Shown: positions 36,034 to 47,428, numbered from the stretch's first letter. The stretch is DNA of 64,000 bases from Candidatus Omnitrophota bacterium (GCA_024542985.1 JAMXCX010000001.1:3137-67136); one strand, 5' to 3'. A program made the numbers and translations. The notes: generated by a model from the letters alone, not told the origin.

Positions 36034-38681
36034 CAGCTTGTAAATTTACGAAAGGCTTCTTTTACCTTATCTAAAAAATCATCACCCATATTTAACACGA
36101 CTCCGCGAACTATTTTATCTGTTCCTCCGCCAGTCAAAGATAACTCTTTTTTAAACCCGGAAATAAATTTTTTACAACTTAATCCCTTTTTAAAAAGATC
36201 ATCTGTAGCTGAACAAATAAAAATGTCTTTACCTTCAGCGCTCCTTACGATAAAAATAAATACCGAACCTATCCCTTGTTTTAGCCTATCTGACAATAAG
36301 GGCATTATACGGGATTGTTCTTTACTTGAAAATGAATCATTATTAAAATTAAATAAAAAATTAACCCCATTTATACTTTCTTTACCGATAATATCCCCTT
36401 TTTGAGATATTATTTGTTCCTTTTGCCGGGTAACTTCCTGATTAATTTGCTTCTGGCTGAGCTTTTCATCTTCCTTTGAACTCTTGCTCTCTTGCTCTTT
36501 CGCGCTCTTGAGAGCCTGCCTTAAGTTTTCTGCTTCCTTACCCACTACAGCTCTAATACGCCTGATGCCGCTGCTTATAGAAGTTTCCGATTCAATTTCA
36601 AAATCTCCTATTTGGGAAGTATTATCAACATGAGTTCCGCCGCATAATTCTTTACTGTAATCAGAAATAGAGACTACTCTTACTTTATCCTGGTATTTAT
36701 CCTTAAAAAAAGCAAGTGCGCCTTGTTTTTTTGCTTCTTCCAAGCTAAGCTCTTTCTTCTCAACCTTTTGCGAATTTGAGATGAATCTCATGACTAAATT
36801 TCCTACTTTTTCCAATTCCTCTTTAGTCAACCGATTAAAATGTGTAAAATCGAATCTGAATTTATCTTCATCGACCAAAGAACCTTGTTGAACCACGTGC
36901 TCTCCTAAAACTTTCCTTAAAGCGGCCTGCAGGAGATGAGTGGCACTATGGGCCCTGGCCAGAGCTTGCCTTCTTTCTTTATCGACTGAAGCAGCTGCCT
37001 TACCCGGATGTATCTCTCCCTTGATAACTTTTCCTTTATGAAGAATAGAAACACCTGCCATTTTATAGACTATTTCTACGCTAAATTCTCCACTTTTTGT
37101 CTTTATGCGTCCCTTATCTGATAACTGGCCGCCGCCCTCCGGGTAAAAGGGTGTTTTATTTTCCCCAAAATTAATCAGTCCTTCCTCACCTTCTTTTAAA
37201 ACAGCTGCTTCCTTTGTGTAATCAGTTTTCTCATTCTTAACAGAAAAAATTTGAACTATTTCTGTTTCTAATTCTAAATCTTCCTGACCGGCAAAAATAC
37301 CTACACCTTTAACAATAGTAACATTGTCTTTAAAAATATTTCCATCAAACATACTTGCCTTACGGGAGCGCTCCTGCTGTTCTTTAAGCAGTTTTTTAGC
37401 TCCTACAAAATCTATAACCTGCTCATCTATACCATAATTACTAGCGGTGGCTGCAATTGCATCAAAAGAAAACCCCCAAGTATCATGAAGATTAAATAAT
37501 GTTTGTGCGTCTATTTTATCTTGTGATCCTTTTTTTACTTTTTCGGACTCAGCTAAAAACTTTTGGGCTCCCTGTTTTAATATAGGAATAAAACTTTTCT
37601 CCTCAGCCTTAATTACTTTGCTAATAATGTCTTTTTTCTTTAAGATATCATCATAGGCCTTAGCAGGATAAGCATCTTGCATAAGCTGCCCATAGATATT
37701 AACAAGTTCATATAAGAACGGCTTATCATTTCCTAAAAGATATGCGTTGCATAGCGCTTTCCTGATAATTTTACGTATCACATATCCTCGACCCTCATTA
37801 GAAGGGTATATACCGTCAGAAATCGCAAAAGTTGCCGCCCGGGAATGGTCAACGATTAAATATATTAAGCTTTTATTTTTTTTGTCCAGCTGATTAACTT
37901 TTAGTATTTTCTGAACTAGCTCAACTGCCGGCTGTAAAATATCAATTTCAAAATTGGATTCTTTACCCTGTAAGACTGCAGCCATTCTCTCTAGGCCCAT
38001 TCCGGTATCAATATTTTTCTGCGGCAGGGGCTCTAATTTATTTTTCCCTACCCGGTTAAACTGGGTAAAAACTAAATTCCAAATCTCAACAAACCGGCCA
38101 CAGCTGCAATCGGGATTACAACTTTTTTTACCGCAACCAATAGTCTTCCCTCTATCAACAAAAATCTCTGAACACGGCCCGCAAACTCCGTTGGGTCCCT
38201 GGGAAGGAGCATTTGCCGGCCAATAATTACTTTCCTCCCCCAGTTTTACTATTTTTTTCTCCGGCACCCCAATACAATTTTTCCAAACAGAATAAGCTTG
38301 TTTGTCATCTTTATAAACAGAGACCCATAAATTTTCTTTTGAAATATTCACCTCTTTAGTTACAAATTCCCAGGCAAATTCAATTGCTTCTTTTTTAAAG
38401 TAATCACCAAAGGAAAAATTACCCAGCATCTCAAAGAAAGTATGGTGGTAATCTGTCTTGCCAACTCTCTCTAAGTCTCCGGTGCGCAAGCACTTCTGGC
38501 AAGATACAGCTCTCTTTATATCCTTTTTTTCTCCTAAAAAATAGGGCTTAAACTGGTTCATTCCGGCAGAGGTAAAAAGAAGAGATTTATCAGCAGGCAC
38601 TAAGGTATCTGAAGAAAAAAGAGTATGACTTTTCTTCTTAAAAAACTCTAAAAATCTTTTTCTTAATTCGTTAGTTTTCAA
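36033..38681 (-). CDS. alaS: alanine--tRNA ligase
   Basis: 882 aa; class II aaRS catalytic, editing (HxxxH...CGGTH) and C-terminal DHHA1 domains. Confidence 0.95.
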   Translation of the reverse strand: MKTNELRKRFLEFFKKKSHTLFSSDTLVPADKSLLFTSAGMNQFKPYFLGEKKDIKRAVSCQKCLRTGDLERVGKTDYHHTFFEMLGNFSFGDYFKKEAIEFAWEFVTKEVNISKENLWVSVYKDDKQAYSVWKNCIGVPEKKIVKLGEESNYWPANAPSQGPNGVCGPCSEIFVDRGKTIGCGKKSCNPDCSCGRFVEIWNLVFTQFNRVGKNKLEPLPQKNIDTGMGLERMAAVLQGKESNFEIDILQPAVELVQKILKVNQLDKKNKSLIYLIVDHSRAATFAISDGIYPSNEGRGYVIRKIIRKALCNAYLLGNDKPFLYELVNIYGQLMQDAYPAKAYDDILKKKDIISKVIKAEEKSFIPILKQGAQKFLAESEKVKKGSQDKIDAQTLFNLHDTWGFSFDAIAATASNYGIDEQVIDFVGAKKLLKEQQERSRKASMFDGNIFKDNVTIVKGVGIFAGQEDLELETEIVQIFSVKNEKTDYTKEAAVLKEGEEGLINFGENKTPFYPEGGGQLSDKGRIKTKSGEFSVEIVYKMAGVSILHKGKVIKGEIHPGKAAASVDKERRQALARAHSATHLLQAALRKVLGEHVVQQGSLVDEDKFRFDFTHFNRLTKEELEKVGNLVMRFISNSQKVEKKELSLEEAKKQGALAFFKDKYQDKVRVVSISDYSKELCGGTHVDNTSQIGDFEIESETSISSGIRRIRAVVGKEAENLRQALKSAKEQESKSSKEDEKLSQKQINQEVTRQKEQIISQKGDIIGKESINGVNFLFNFNNDSFSSKEQSRIMPLLSDRLKQGIGSVFIFIVRSAEGKDIFICSATDDLFKKGLSCKKFISGFKKELSLTGGGTDKIVRGVVLNMGDDFLDKVKEAFRKFTS

Positions 38682-39144
38682 AGCTCCCCAACCCTAAATT
38701 CTGCATCTCCCTAAAGATATCTTCATAATCAAACCCTTTTGCCGTTAAGACCCTAATTATGCGCTGGTATATTAACTTTTTGGATAAAGAAGGCTTAATT
38801 TTTCTATAATAAGCACTTCTTTTTTGGGCAATTTCTCTGATTCTATCAGAATATACTTGTCCCTGTAATGCTTGCTCGCGGAAGCGAAAGGATATGCCTA
38901 ATTTTTTAAGATTGAAATCAATTCTTCTCGGCCCCCACCCTTTCTGTAATGAATAGGAAACAAAAGAATCGACAAACTTTTTATCATTTATATAATTATT
39001 ATCTTCCAGATAATTTAGTACTTCTTTGGCTAGGGAGAAACTATAACCTTTTTTCTTCAGGCGAAAGATTAGCTCATTTTTACTTCTTTCTCTATACTTT
39101 AGAAGCAAAAAGGAATACTTGAGAGCTTTATTAAAATCTTTCAC
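38671..39144 (-). CDS. recX: regulatory protein RecX
   Basis: 157 aa; helical repeats; conserved position between recA and alaS. Confidence 0.75.
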   Translation of the reverse strand: MKDFNKALKYSFLLLKYRERSKNELIFRLKKKGYSFSLAKEVLNYLEDNNYINDKKFVDSFVSYSLQKGWGPRRIDFNLKKLGISFRFREQALQGQVYSDRIREIAQKRSAYYRKIKPSLSKKLIYQRIIRVLTAKGFDYEDIFREMQNLGLGSFEN

Positions 39145-40562
39145 CGCTTGGAATCGCTCTTAACCACAAAAAATCCTCTATTCGTTTTAAAAAGACAGTT
39201 CCCTTTTATCTTAGATATAGCAAATTTAAAATCTTCCTTTTTGCGTATTTTAGTTTTTTCTATCTTCAAAATAACATCACCTATCCGAATCCCGCTTTTA
39301 TCGGCTAAAGAGCCGTCTTCAATGTCAATGATTACTACTCCTTTTTCTGCCTTTATTCGAAATTTTCTCTTGTAAACAGCTGATATATTATCCACAGTCA
39401 TGCCTCGAAAATATGTCTCTATATTTTGTGCTTTGGCTCGAGATTCTTGAGCACCAGTGGGCAACTTGCCTATTCTTACCCGTATAGTCATTGCTTCTCC
39501 TGAGCGGACTATCCTAAAAGGAATAATACTGCCAACTTCAGAATAAGAAACCATTGTCACTATATCTTTTGTTGTCTTTACCGGCTGATCGCCAAAAGAT
39601 AAAATTAAATCTCCTTCTTTAAGACCGCTTTTTTCTGCCGGAGAATCTTTATAAACCTTTAATACTATCACGCCTTTTCTTTCTTTAATCCCGAAATAAT
39701 TACGTAAATCATCGTTTAAATCCTGAATATTTACTCCTAACCAACCATAGAGAACTTTCTCTCCCTTTATCAACTTACTTAAAATTAGCTTCGCTCTGTT
39801 AATTGGTATAGCAAAACCTATTCCTTGATAACCGCCGGAAGTAGTAATAATGGCGGTATTAATACCGATAACCTTTCCTTCTAGATTCACTAACGGGCCT
39901 CCGCTGTTCCCGGGATTAATAGCAGCATCAGTCTGGATGAGGTCATCGTAGCCAACCTCTCTTCTTCCTAAAGCCGGCAAATAACGGTGCAAAGCGCTTA
40001 CTACCCCTACAGTAACAGTAGGTTCAGGACTACCGATGGCAAAACCAAAGGGATTTCCTACCGCTATAACCCATTGGCCTATCTTTAAGTTGTTTGAATT
40101 GCCGAGCTTTGCCGCTGGTAACCTTTTAGCGTCTATCTTTATTACGGCTAAATCTCTTCTTTTATCCGTTCCTTTAATTTCGGCATTAAATTCTCTTCCG
40201 TCAGAAAGCTTAACTTTTACTTGGCTTGCTCCGGATATAACATGCTCGTTAGTAAGAATATAACCGTCCTTATCAATTATTATTCCGCTGCCTAAACCTA
40301 CTCTTTCATATTCACGTTCCGGAAGAGATCCAAAAAACTCTTCAAAAAATCTCTGAAAATAACTGTCTTGAAAATCATTGAACGGAGAATTAAAATAAGA
40401 TCTCCTGCCAAGCTTTTCTTTAACTACACTGCTAATCGAAACCACTGATTCTCCGATCTTAGATGCAACATCTATTGTGGATTTTTCGATAGTCTGGAGA
40501 TTTTGAGAATAAAGCGGGAAAGGGATAAAAATGCAGATTAATAATATTATGTATTTTCTCAT
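39141..40562 (-). CDS. degP: Do/DegP-family periplasmic serine endoprotease with two PDZ domains
   Basis: Start at MRKYIILLICIF (ATG 40560-40562, AAGAGGAG Shine-Dalgarno); catalytic motifs NEHV...DLAVIKI...GNSGGPL. Confidence 0.85.
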   Translation of the reverse strand: MRKYIILLICIFIPFPLYSQNLQTIEKSTIDVASKIGESVVSISSVVKEKLGRRSYFNSPFNDFQDSYFQRFFEEFFGSLPEREYERVGLGSGIIIDKDGYILTNEHVISGASQVKVKLSDGREFNAEIKGTDKRRDLAVIKIDAKRLPAAKLGNSNNLKIGQWVIAVGNPFGFAIGSPEPTVTVGVVSALHRYLPALGRREVGYDDLIQTDAAINPGNSGGPLVNLEGKVIGINTAIITTSGGYQGIGFAIPINRAKLILSKLIKGEKVLYGWLGVNIQDLNDDLRNYFGIKERKGVIVLKVYKDSPAEKSGLKEGDLILSFGDQPVKTTKDIVTMVSYSEVGSIIPFRIVRSGEAMTIRVRIGKLPTGAQESRAKAQNIETYFRGMTVDNISAVYKRKFRIKAEKGVVIIDIEDGSLADKSGIRIGDVILKIEKTKIRKKEDFKFAISKIKGNCLFKTNRGFFVVKSDSKR

Positions 40563-40644
40563 TACTGCTCCTCTTTTATAATTCACAACTCATAGCCCTA
40601 AAGCCGTCAGATTACCGAGCGTAAAATTTTCTATAGACTGGCCG

Positions 40645-41664
40645 TTAGTTCTGTTTTGCTGCAGAAACCGTCTTTTCTAATTCTTCCTCAACCTCTTTCT
40701 TTAAGGACTCGCTTTCGTTGAATAAGCCTCTTAATTGCTCCTTGCCTTGAGCTAAGTTTTTATCTTTGTAAGAAAACCAGCTCCCAGATTTTTTTATTAC
40801 CCCTTCCTCTATTGCGGCATCGATTAAAGCGCCTACTTTTGACACGCCTTCATTATACATTATTTCAAAAATAGCTTCCTTAAACGGCGGGGCAACCTTA
40901 TTCTTTACTATTTTTGCTCTTACCTTTATACCCACTGCTCCTTGGGAAGTTGTAATGGTAGCTATCCTTCTTAAATCTATCCTCATCGAGGAATAGAATT
41001 TCAAAGCTCTGCCTCCCGGAGTGACCTCCGGAGAGCCAAACATCACGCCTATTTTTTGCCGCAATTGGTTAATAAACACCACGCATACCTTGGACTTACC
41101 TATCGCTGCTGTCAACTTCCGTAAAGCTTGGCTCATCAAACGCGCCTGCAAGGCAATCTGATGATCTCCCATTTGGCCCTCTATCTCCGCACGAGGCACT
41201 AAAGCAGCAACAGAATCAACTACAATTATATCAACTGCATTGGATCTAACCAAAGCCTCTACAATCTCTAAGGCTTGCTCTCCTGTATCCGGCTGAGAAA
41301 TCAAAAGATCTTCTAATTTTACCCCAATTAACTTGGCATAACTAGGATCGAAAGCGTGCTCAGCATCTATAAAAGCTGCGACTCCGTCAGGAGCTTCTTG
41401 AGCTTGAGCGATAATACTCAAAGTGAGGGTTGTTTTACCTGAAGATTCAGGTCCGTAAACCTCAACTACTCTGCCCCGAGGAAGACCCCCGATGCCCAAG
41501 GCTTTATCTAATGAAAATATACCTGTAGGTAAACACTCTACGTCAAATCTTACACTTTCACCCATTCTCATTATTGCGCCTTTACCGAATTGCTTTTCTA
41601 TCTGGGCAAGAGCCAAATCCAAAGCTTTTTGTTTGTTTGTTGACACATTCTTCTCTTTTGCCAT
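40645..41664 (-). CDS. recA: recombinase RecA
   Basis: [10 protein letters not shown] Walker A and full RecA core. Confidence 0.95.
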   Translation of the reverse strand: MAKEKNVSTNKQKALDLALAQIEKQFGKGAIMRMGESVRFDVECLPTGIFSLDKALGIGGLPRGRVVEVYGPESSGKTTLTLSIIAQAQEAPDGVAAFIDAEHAFDPSYAKLIGVKLEDLLISQPDTGEQALEIVEALVRSNAVDIIVVDSVAALVPRAEIEGQMGDHQIALQARLMSQALRKLTAAIGKSKVCVVFINQLRQKIGVMFGSPEVTPGGRALKFYSSMRIDLRRIATITTSQGAVGIKVRAKIVKNKVAPPFKEAIFEIMYNEGVSKVGALIDAAIEEGVIKKSGSWFSYKDKNLAQGKEQLRGLFNESESLKKEVEEELEKTVSAAKQN

Positions 41665-41885
41665 AAATCCTCCCTTTTTTCTAGCCCCTAGTCCCCAGCC
41701 GATAAGCCCCTAGACTATGTGCGGTTTTAAAGTTATATTTGCACCCACTACCGCTGATAAATACCAAACTTTAATATTCTTAACTGTTAATTAAAATTAA
41801 CCCATCTTTAAAATTATACAAATTATACCTTTGATAATATTTTCTGTCAAACAGCTTAAATCCTTAAAAAATCTGGGCTTATATA

Positions 41886-42494
41886 TTAAAAACGGTTTTC
41901 ACGTCTATTCAGCAGCCTCTTTATATTTTTCTTATGCCTTAGCAAAATAAATATAAAGAGAAGAAAAGAAAGAATTTTAACCTCTTTAGATAAAGAAAAG
42001 ATAAAGGAAAAAACAAGAAATGCTGCTGCTGCAAATATAGAGGCCAAAGACACAAATCTAGATACGAGAAAAACAATAACCCAAATACAAAGGGAAAAAA
42101 CTAAAACAATCCATAATTTAGGAAAAATCAAACTCAAACCAGTCATTGCTCCCAAGCTAGTTGCAACTCCTTTGCCGCCTTTAAACCTTAAAAATATAGT
42201 CCAATTATGCCCGCAAACAGTAAACACAGTCACTAAAACTGCTGCAATATGAATATGGCTGGTTCCCCCCACATACGATTTAACCAAAAAAAGAGGCAAA
42301 AACCCCTTTAAAAAATCAAGAATAAAGACAAAAATGCCCCATTTTCTGCCTACTACACGGAAAACATTGGTTGCTCCGATATTACCAGAACCGAATTTCC
42401 TAATATCTATCCCTTTGACAAAGTAAGCAACCAGGAAACCAGAAGGTATACTTCCTATAAGATAACTAAGTACTATAAGGCTAATTATTCCCAT
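41886..42494 (-). CDS. plsY: glycerol-3-phosphate acyltransferase PlsY
   Basis: GSGNIGATN...GGKGVAT motifs. Confidence 0.85.
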   Translation of the reverse strand: MGIISLIVLSYLIGSIPSGFLVAYFVKGIDIRKFGSGNIGATNVFRVVGRKWGIFVFILDFLKGFLPLFLVKSYVGGTSHIHIAAVLVTVFTVCGHNWTIFLRFKGGKGVATSLGAMTGLSLIFPKLWIVLVFSLCIWVIVFLVSRFVSLASIFAAAAFLVFSFIFSLSKEVKILSFLLFIFILLRHKKNIKRLLNRRENRF

Positions 42495-43035
42495 TATTTA
42501 TAGCTTTTATTCCTCTTATAAAATAGTCTATTCCGGAAATCAAGGTAAAAGTTACTGCTATTTTCCAAACCCATGAGAAAAACGGCACATTAAACAAAAG
42601 ACTCAAAATTGTAAACATTTGGAAAAAAGTGGTTAATTTACCCGCTAAAGTCGGAGCTAGGGATGTCTCTACTTTAAGAAAATTAAGTATTGTCAATCCT
42701 GAAATAATAATTATATCCCTACTTACAACTACAAGAACAATACCCAGAGGCATTTGGTACTTTAAAGGCAAAACCTCTCTTAAGAGATAAAGCGAAATAA
42801 AAGCTGAAAACAAAAGGAGTTTATCGGCTAAAGGGTCAATAATCTGCCCGATATTTGATTTTTCTTTCCTTATCCTTGCTGCCAAACCGTCAAAAAAATC
42901 GCTAAGTACTGCTAGGATAAATACCCCTGCCGCCCATAGGATTAAATTATGATATGTCCGCGAATAGATCAACAAAGAAACAAATACCGGAATAAGAATA
43001 ATCCTTATACTAGATAGTTTATCAGCTAAATTCAT
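42481..43035 (-). CDS. pgsA: CDP-alcohol phosphatidyltransferase (PgsA-like)
   Basis: DFFDGLAARIRKEKSNIGQIIDPLADKLL = D(x)2DG(x)2AR...G(x)3D(x)3D motif. Confidence 0.75.
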   Translation of the reverse strand: MNLADKLSSIRIILIPVFVSLLIYSRTYHNLILWAAGVFILAVLSDFFDGLAARIRKEKSNIGQIIDPLADKLLLFSAFISLYLLREVLPLKYQMPLGIVLVVVSRDIIIISGLTILNFLKVETSLAPTLAGKLTTFFQMFTILSLLFNVPFFSWVWKIAVTFTLISGIDYFIRGIKAINNGNN

Positions 43036-43056
43036 CTTTTAGCAAAAGTTGTCCTT

Positions 43057-43347
43057 TTAAGGCTTTAAAGCTGTTCCGTCGTAAGGACAATATTCAACTG
43101 AAGAAGAAAACTTTCTACCGCAAACAGAACAAAATAGTTTTCGTTTTTCAAGCTTTGCAACCGCACTAGATGCAGTAGGGGCTACTCTTTTTGATTTATT
43201 CTTTATGCTGCCCGAAGCTGCCCTAGGGCTGGAACGCACCGGAAACATATCTTCAATCGCACTGGCAGTTGTGGCTTCTCTTTGAATTATTGTGCACCCA
43301 GCCAAAAAATACAAATACCCGGCTATAAATACTGCTAAACACCTCAT
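43057..43347 (-). CDS. small lipoprotein with C-terminal zinc-ribbon-like CxxC...CxxDG
   Basis: Lipobox FLAG-C; CSVCGRKF...YCPYDG. Confidence 0.4.
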   Translation of the reverse strand: MRCLAVFIAGYLYFLAGCTIIQREATTASAIEDMFPVRSSPRAASGSIKNKSKRVAPTASSAVAKLEKRKLFCSVCGRKFSSSVEYCPYDGTALKP

Positions 43348-43389
43348 GACTGCCCTCCTTAATGAAACTTACGTTTTTTCATAGCTCAA

Positions 43390-43974
43390 CTACTCTATAG
43401 TAGTTATTCTCTTTGGCGGCCACCAAATAAATATAGCCTTTCCAACAATATCAGATTCTTCAACAAAACCCCAAAATCGGCCGTCCAATGAGGAAATGCT
43501 ATTATCTCCGAGAAAAAAATACTTACCCTTCGGGATGACTATTTCTTGGGCATCTTTAGCCCACTTTCCCTGGTTATAATAATAATTTCTTGCTATCCTA
43601 GGGTCAACTAAAATTTTACCGTTTACATAAACATTGCCGTCTTTCAAAACGACGGTATCTGAGCCTTGAGCAATCAACCTTTTTATATAAGCTTTCTTTC
43701 TATCATGAGGAGGTATGAAAACAATAACCTCTCCCGCTTTAGGCTTTGTAAACCCTTTTATGCGAAATTTAGTAAAGGGTATCTTTGGGCCAAAGGTGAG
43801 TTTGCTTACAAAAATCTTATCTCCCGGCATAAGGGTAGGAACCATGGAAGTTGTAGGAATTTTATAAATCTGGAAGAAAAATGTCCGTAAGAATATTGCT
43901 AAAACAGCAGCAATAATTATTGATTCAACCCATTCTCTTAATTGACTTTTTTTATTGGTTATATTCTTATCCAT
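43390..43974 (-). CDS. lepB: signal peptidase I
   Basis: IPTTSMVPTLMPGDKIFV...GDNSISSLDGR S26 motifs. Confidence 0.8.
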   Translation of the reverse strand: MDKNITNKKSQLREWVESIIIAAVLAIFLRTFFFQIYKIPTTSMVPTLMPGDKIFVSKLTFGPKIPFTKFRIKGFTKPKAGEVIVFIPPHDRKKAYIKRLIAQGSDTVVLKDGNVYVNGKILVDPRIARNYYYNQGKWAKDAQEIVIPKGKYFFLGDNSISSLDGRFWGFVEESDIVGKAIFIWWPPKRITTIE

Positions 43975-43999
43975 AGTTATCTCCGGCTGAATCTAGCTC

Positions 44000-45796
44000 T
44001 TACATCTTCAGGACTTCTAAAAACGCACTCTGGGGGACACTTATATTGCCTAATTGTTTCATTCTCTTTTTACCCTCTTTTTGTTTTTCCCAAAGTTTTC
44101 TCTTACGAGTAATATCTCCACCATAGCATTTAGCAGTAACATTTTTTTTCAAAGCTGACACCCTGGCAGAGGCAATAATTTTTGCTCCTATTGCAGCTTG
44201 AATATTTACTTCGTACATCTGACGCGGAATTAATTCTTTAAACCTATCGACTACTGCCCGAGCTTTACTTTCTGCTTTCATTCGATGCACAAGAAGAGAA
44301 AAAGCTTCTGTTTTTTTCTTATTAAAAAGAATATCAATCTTTACGATATCGGTTTTCCGGTATTCTATAAACTCATAGTCAAAAGAAGCATAACCCTTAG
44401 TCAAAGACTTTATCTTATCATAAAAATCAACAATTATTTCTGCTAGAGGAAGGTTAAAGATAATACTCAACCTATCTTTGCCTAAATAATCCATTTTTAC
44501 GAATTCTCCCCGCCGGGATTTTGCCAAATTGCATAAAGATTCCATACCGTCAATTGGTGAAATTATAGTGGCTTTAACAAAAGGTTCCCTAATCTGCTCT
44601 ATACAAGAAGGGTCTGGGAGCTGATGAGGGCTTGCGATATTTTCTACTTCTTGGCTCCCTTTTCTTTCTAATTTATACATAACGTTAGGAGAAGTAGGAA
44701 TAAGATCTAGACCGTATTCCCGCTGTAGCCTCTCTTGAACTATTTCCATATGAAGAAGGCCAAGAAAACCGCAATGGAAACCATGCCCTAAAGCGCCTAA
44801 AGTGTCGGGTTCGTAAGTAAAAGAAGGATCTGACAATTTCAGTTTCTCTATAGCTTCTCTTAAAGCCGGATAGTCTTTCGGGGCTGAAGGAAATACCCCG
44901 CAAAAAACCATAGGCGACATCTTGGTATACCTCTCAAAGGGCCTCTTCGTAGGATTAGTTGATGAAGTAACCGTGTCACCTACGTCAATTTCTTGAGGGT
45001 TTTTTATGTTGCAACATATATAGCCAACCTCGCCGCAAAAAAGCGATTCTTTTTTCTGCGCTTGAGGCAAAAACACTCCTACTTCTTCCACCCTATAACT
45101 TTTATTTTGATGCATAAGAAGAATAGTATCGCCTAGAGATATTTTACCGTCAAATACCCTTAAAAAAAGGACAACTCCCCTATAAGAATCATAACTAGAA
45201 TCAAATAAAACTGCCCTTAACGGCTTATCAATATCACCCAGGGGCGCAGGAGTTTCTTCAATAACCCTTTGTAATAATTCCTGTGTTCCTTTACCATCCT
45301 TGGCAGAAATAAGATAAATTTCTTCTTCTTTAAAACCAAAAGCATCAAAAAGCTCATTCTTGCTTCTGGGGATATCTGCTCCAGGCAAATCTATTTTATT
45401 AAGCACCGGTATAATCTTTAAATTAGCTTCTAAGGCCAAATTAAAATTAGCTACTGTTTGAGCTTCAACCCCTTGAGAAGCATCAACCAGAAGAATAGCG
45501 CATTCACAAGCTTTTAAGGATTTAGCTACCTCATAAGCAAAATCAACATGTCCTGGGGTATCAATGAGATTTAAGATATAGTCCTGATTATTATACTTAA
45601 AATTCAGACGCACTGCTTTTGCTTTTATGGTAATTCCTCTTTCTTTTTCCAAATCCATATCATCAAGCATTTGCTCAGCTATTTTGTTTTTATTTACAGC
45701 CCCGGTCATTTCTAAAAACCGGTCGGCTAAGGTAGACTTGCCATGGTCAATGTGGGCGATAATACAAAAATTTCTTATTTGTTTCTGGTGGTCCAT
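44000..45796 (-). CDS. lepA: translation elongation factor 4 (LepA)
   Basis: IRNFCIIAHIDHGKSTLADR GTPase motifs; 598 aa. Confidence 0.95.
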   Translation of the reverse strand: MDHQKQIRNFCIIAHIDHGKSTLADRFLEMTGAVNKNKIAEQMLDDMDLEKERGITIKAKAVRLNFKYNNQDYILNLIDTPGHVDFAYEVAKSLKACECAILLVDASQGVEAQTVANFNLALEANLKIIPVLNKIDLPGADIPRSKNELFDAFGFKEEEIYLISAKDGKGTQELLQRVIEETPAPLGDIDKPLRAVLFDSSYDSYRGVVLFLRVFDGKISLGDTILLMHQNKSYRVEEVGVFLPQAQKKESLFCGEVGYICCNIKNPQEIDVGDTVTSSTNPTKRPFERYTKMSPMVFCGVFPSAPKDYPALREAIEKLKLSDPSFTYEPDTLGALGHGFHCGFLGLLHMEIVQERLQREYGLDLIPTSPNVMYKLERKGSQEVENIASPHQLPDPSCIEQIREPFVKATIISPIDGMESLCNLAKSRRGEFVKMDYLGKDRLSIIFNLPLAEIIVDFYDKIKSLTKGYASFDYEFIEYRKTDIVKIDILFNKKKTEAFSLLVHRMKAESKARAVVDRFKELIPRQMYEVNIQAAIGAKIIASARVSALKKNVTAKCYGGDITRKRKLWEKQKEGKKRMKQLGNISVPQSAFLEVLKM

Positions 45797-45841
45797 ATCA
45801 TTTTAAATAGCTTATTAAAGAATAATCGCTCCTTTTGCTTC

Positions 45842-46510
45842 CTATTTCGTAGAGGAGTGATCTGTTGACTTAGATTCAATATGCCTAGCCAATAGCTCAA
45901 CTGTACCTTCGATAGTTAAAGTGCTAGTGTCAATGCGCACGGCATCTTCACTAATAGTCAAAGGGCCAACCGTTCTATTTTTATCTGCATAATCACGTTT
46001 TTCTAAATCTGTTCTGACTTCTTCAGGGTCAACATCAAGACCTTTTTCTTTTAGTTCTTTAAAACGCCTTTGGGCTCTTATTTTTGGGTCAGCATCAAGA
46101 TAAAATTTGTATTTACTTTCAGGAAAAACAACAGTAGTTATATCTCGCCCTTCTACTACAAAATTTCCTTCCGAGGCTATTTTTCTTTGCAACTCGACCA
46201 TTACTTTGCGGACCTGCGGGAAAGATACTACCGTAGAGATATTTTTATCTATGAGAGGATCTCTTATTTTCTTGCTTATATCTATACCTTTTAGGTATAT
46301 TTCGTTAGCGTTTATTCTTATATCTAAATTTTTTGCTAAATTTAGCAGCGAATTCTCATCGGATAAGCTCAAACCGCCTTCTATGGCCGCGTAAGTTAGA
46401 GAACGGTAAGTGGCTCCTGTATCAAGATAAAAAAACCCTATTTTTTTCGCTAGAAGCTTAGCGGTTGATGTTTTGCCAGAACCAGCAGGACCATCTATGG
46501 CTATAATCAT
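45842..46510 (-). CDS. cmk: cytidylate kinase
   Basis: IIAIDGPAGSGKTSTAKLLA. Confidence 0.9.
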   Translation of the reverse strand: MIIAIDGPAGSGKTSTAKLLAKKIGFFYLDTGATYRSLTYAAIEGGLSLSDENSLLNLAKNLDIRINANEIYLKGIDISKKIRDPLIDKNISTVVSFPQVRKVMVELQRKIASEGNFVVEGRDITTVVFPESKYKFYLDADPKIRAQRRFKELKEKGLDVDPEEVRTDLEKRDYADKNRTVGPLTISEDAVRIDTSTLTIEGTVELLARHIESKSTDHSSTK

Positions 46511-47343
46511 ATAATTCGTCTTTGTTTAGCATTTACTTTGTCAATTAAACCGGTAATTTTATTTTTATTACCCTTTTTTAACAAATTCTCATAAGTTTTT
46601 AAAGTTCTAATAAACTTATTTAAATCTTTTAGAATATTCTTCTTGTTTGATAAAAATATATCTGTCCATACAGCAGCTGGGGAATTTGAAATTCTAGTTA
46701 AATCCTTAAAGCTGCCTGAGGAAAACTTTAAATAATTTTGCGGAATAAATTGAGTGAGAGAAAACGAAATAATATGAGGTAAATGAGAGACACAAGAGAG
46801 AACTTTATCATGCCAATCAGATTTAATAAATAACACCTTAGAACCTAAACTCTTCCATAACCCTCTTACTGTTCTAGCTGCCCTTTGATTAGAAAAACAC
46901 GCAATCAGACAAAGGGCTCCTTTGTAAAGATCCTTATTGCTAAATTCTGCTCCGCTTTTTTCGCTGCCGCATAGAGGGTGACAACCGACAAAATTAGCAG
47001 TCTTCGGCAACAATCTATGGGCCTGGGTTTCTATTTCTTTCTTACTACTGCCTAGATCAAAAATTATTGCTCCTGGTTTTAAAAAAGGAGATATTATCTT
47101 GAAATATTCGATGATAGCTTTTATCGGCAGGGCCAAAACAACTATATCTGCATCTTTAATGAGAATTTGGCAATCCCGGGTCACTTTATCGAGAATTTTC
47201 AGCTTCTTTAGCTTATCGTAAGTTTTTTTACTTCTTGAATACCCCCAAATAGAAATATTAGAAAATTTCTCCCGTAAAGCCAAGGCCAAAGAACCTCCCA
47301 TAAATCCTACGCCAATTATTGCTATTTTTTTAATATTATTCAT
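46507..47343 (-). CDS. tyrA: prephenate dehydrogenase
   Basis: IAIIGVGFMGGSLALAL NAD-binding motif; aromatic amino-acid gene context. Confidence 0.75.
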   Translation of the reverse strand: MNNIKKIAIIGVGFMGGSLALALREKFSNISIWGYSRSKKTYDKLKKLKILDKVTRDCQILIKDADIVVLALPIKAIIEYFKIISPFLKPGAIIFDLGSSKKEIETQAHRLLPKTANFVGCHPLCGSEKSGAEFSNKDLYKGALCLIACFSNQRAARTVRGLWKSLGSKVLFIKSDWHDKVLSCVSHLPHIISFSLTQFIPQNYLKFSSGSFKDLTRISNSPAAVWTDIFLSNKKNILKDLNKFIRTLKTYENLLKKGNKNKITGLIDKVNAKQRRII

Positions 47344-47428
47344 CTTTATTTTTTTAAGATTATAGGCACTTACCGTTTACGACTTATAACTTACCTAATA
47401 GGTCCCCTTATCGGATAGGACTTAAATT

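Noticed and set aside
41844-41854. CTGT-N3-ACAG palindrome ~180 bp upstream of recA, as a possible SOS box
   Set aside because: The spacing does not fit the CTGT-N8-ACAG LexA box or other LexA motifs I know. No lexA is in the window. It lies 30 nt after the plsY stop and may just be a weak hairpin.
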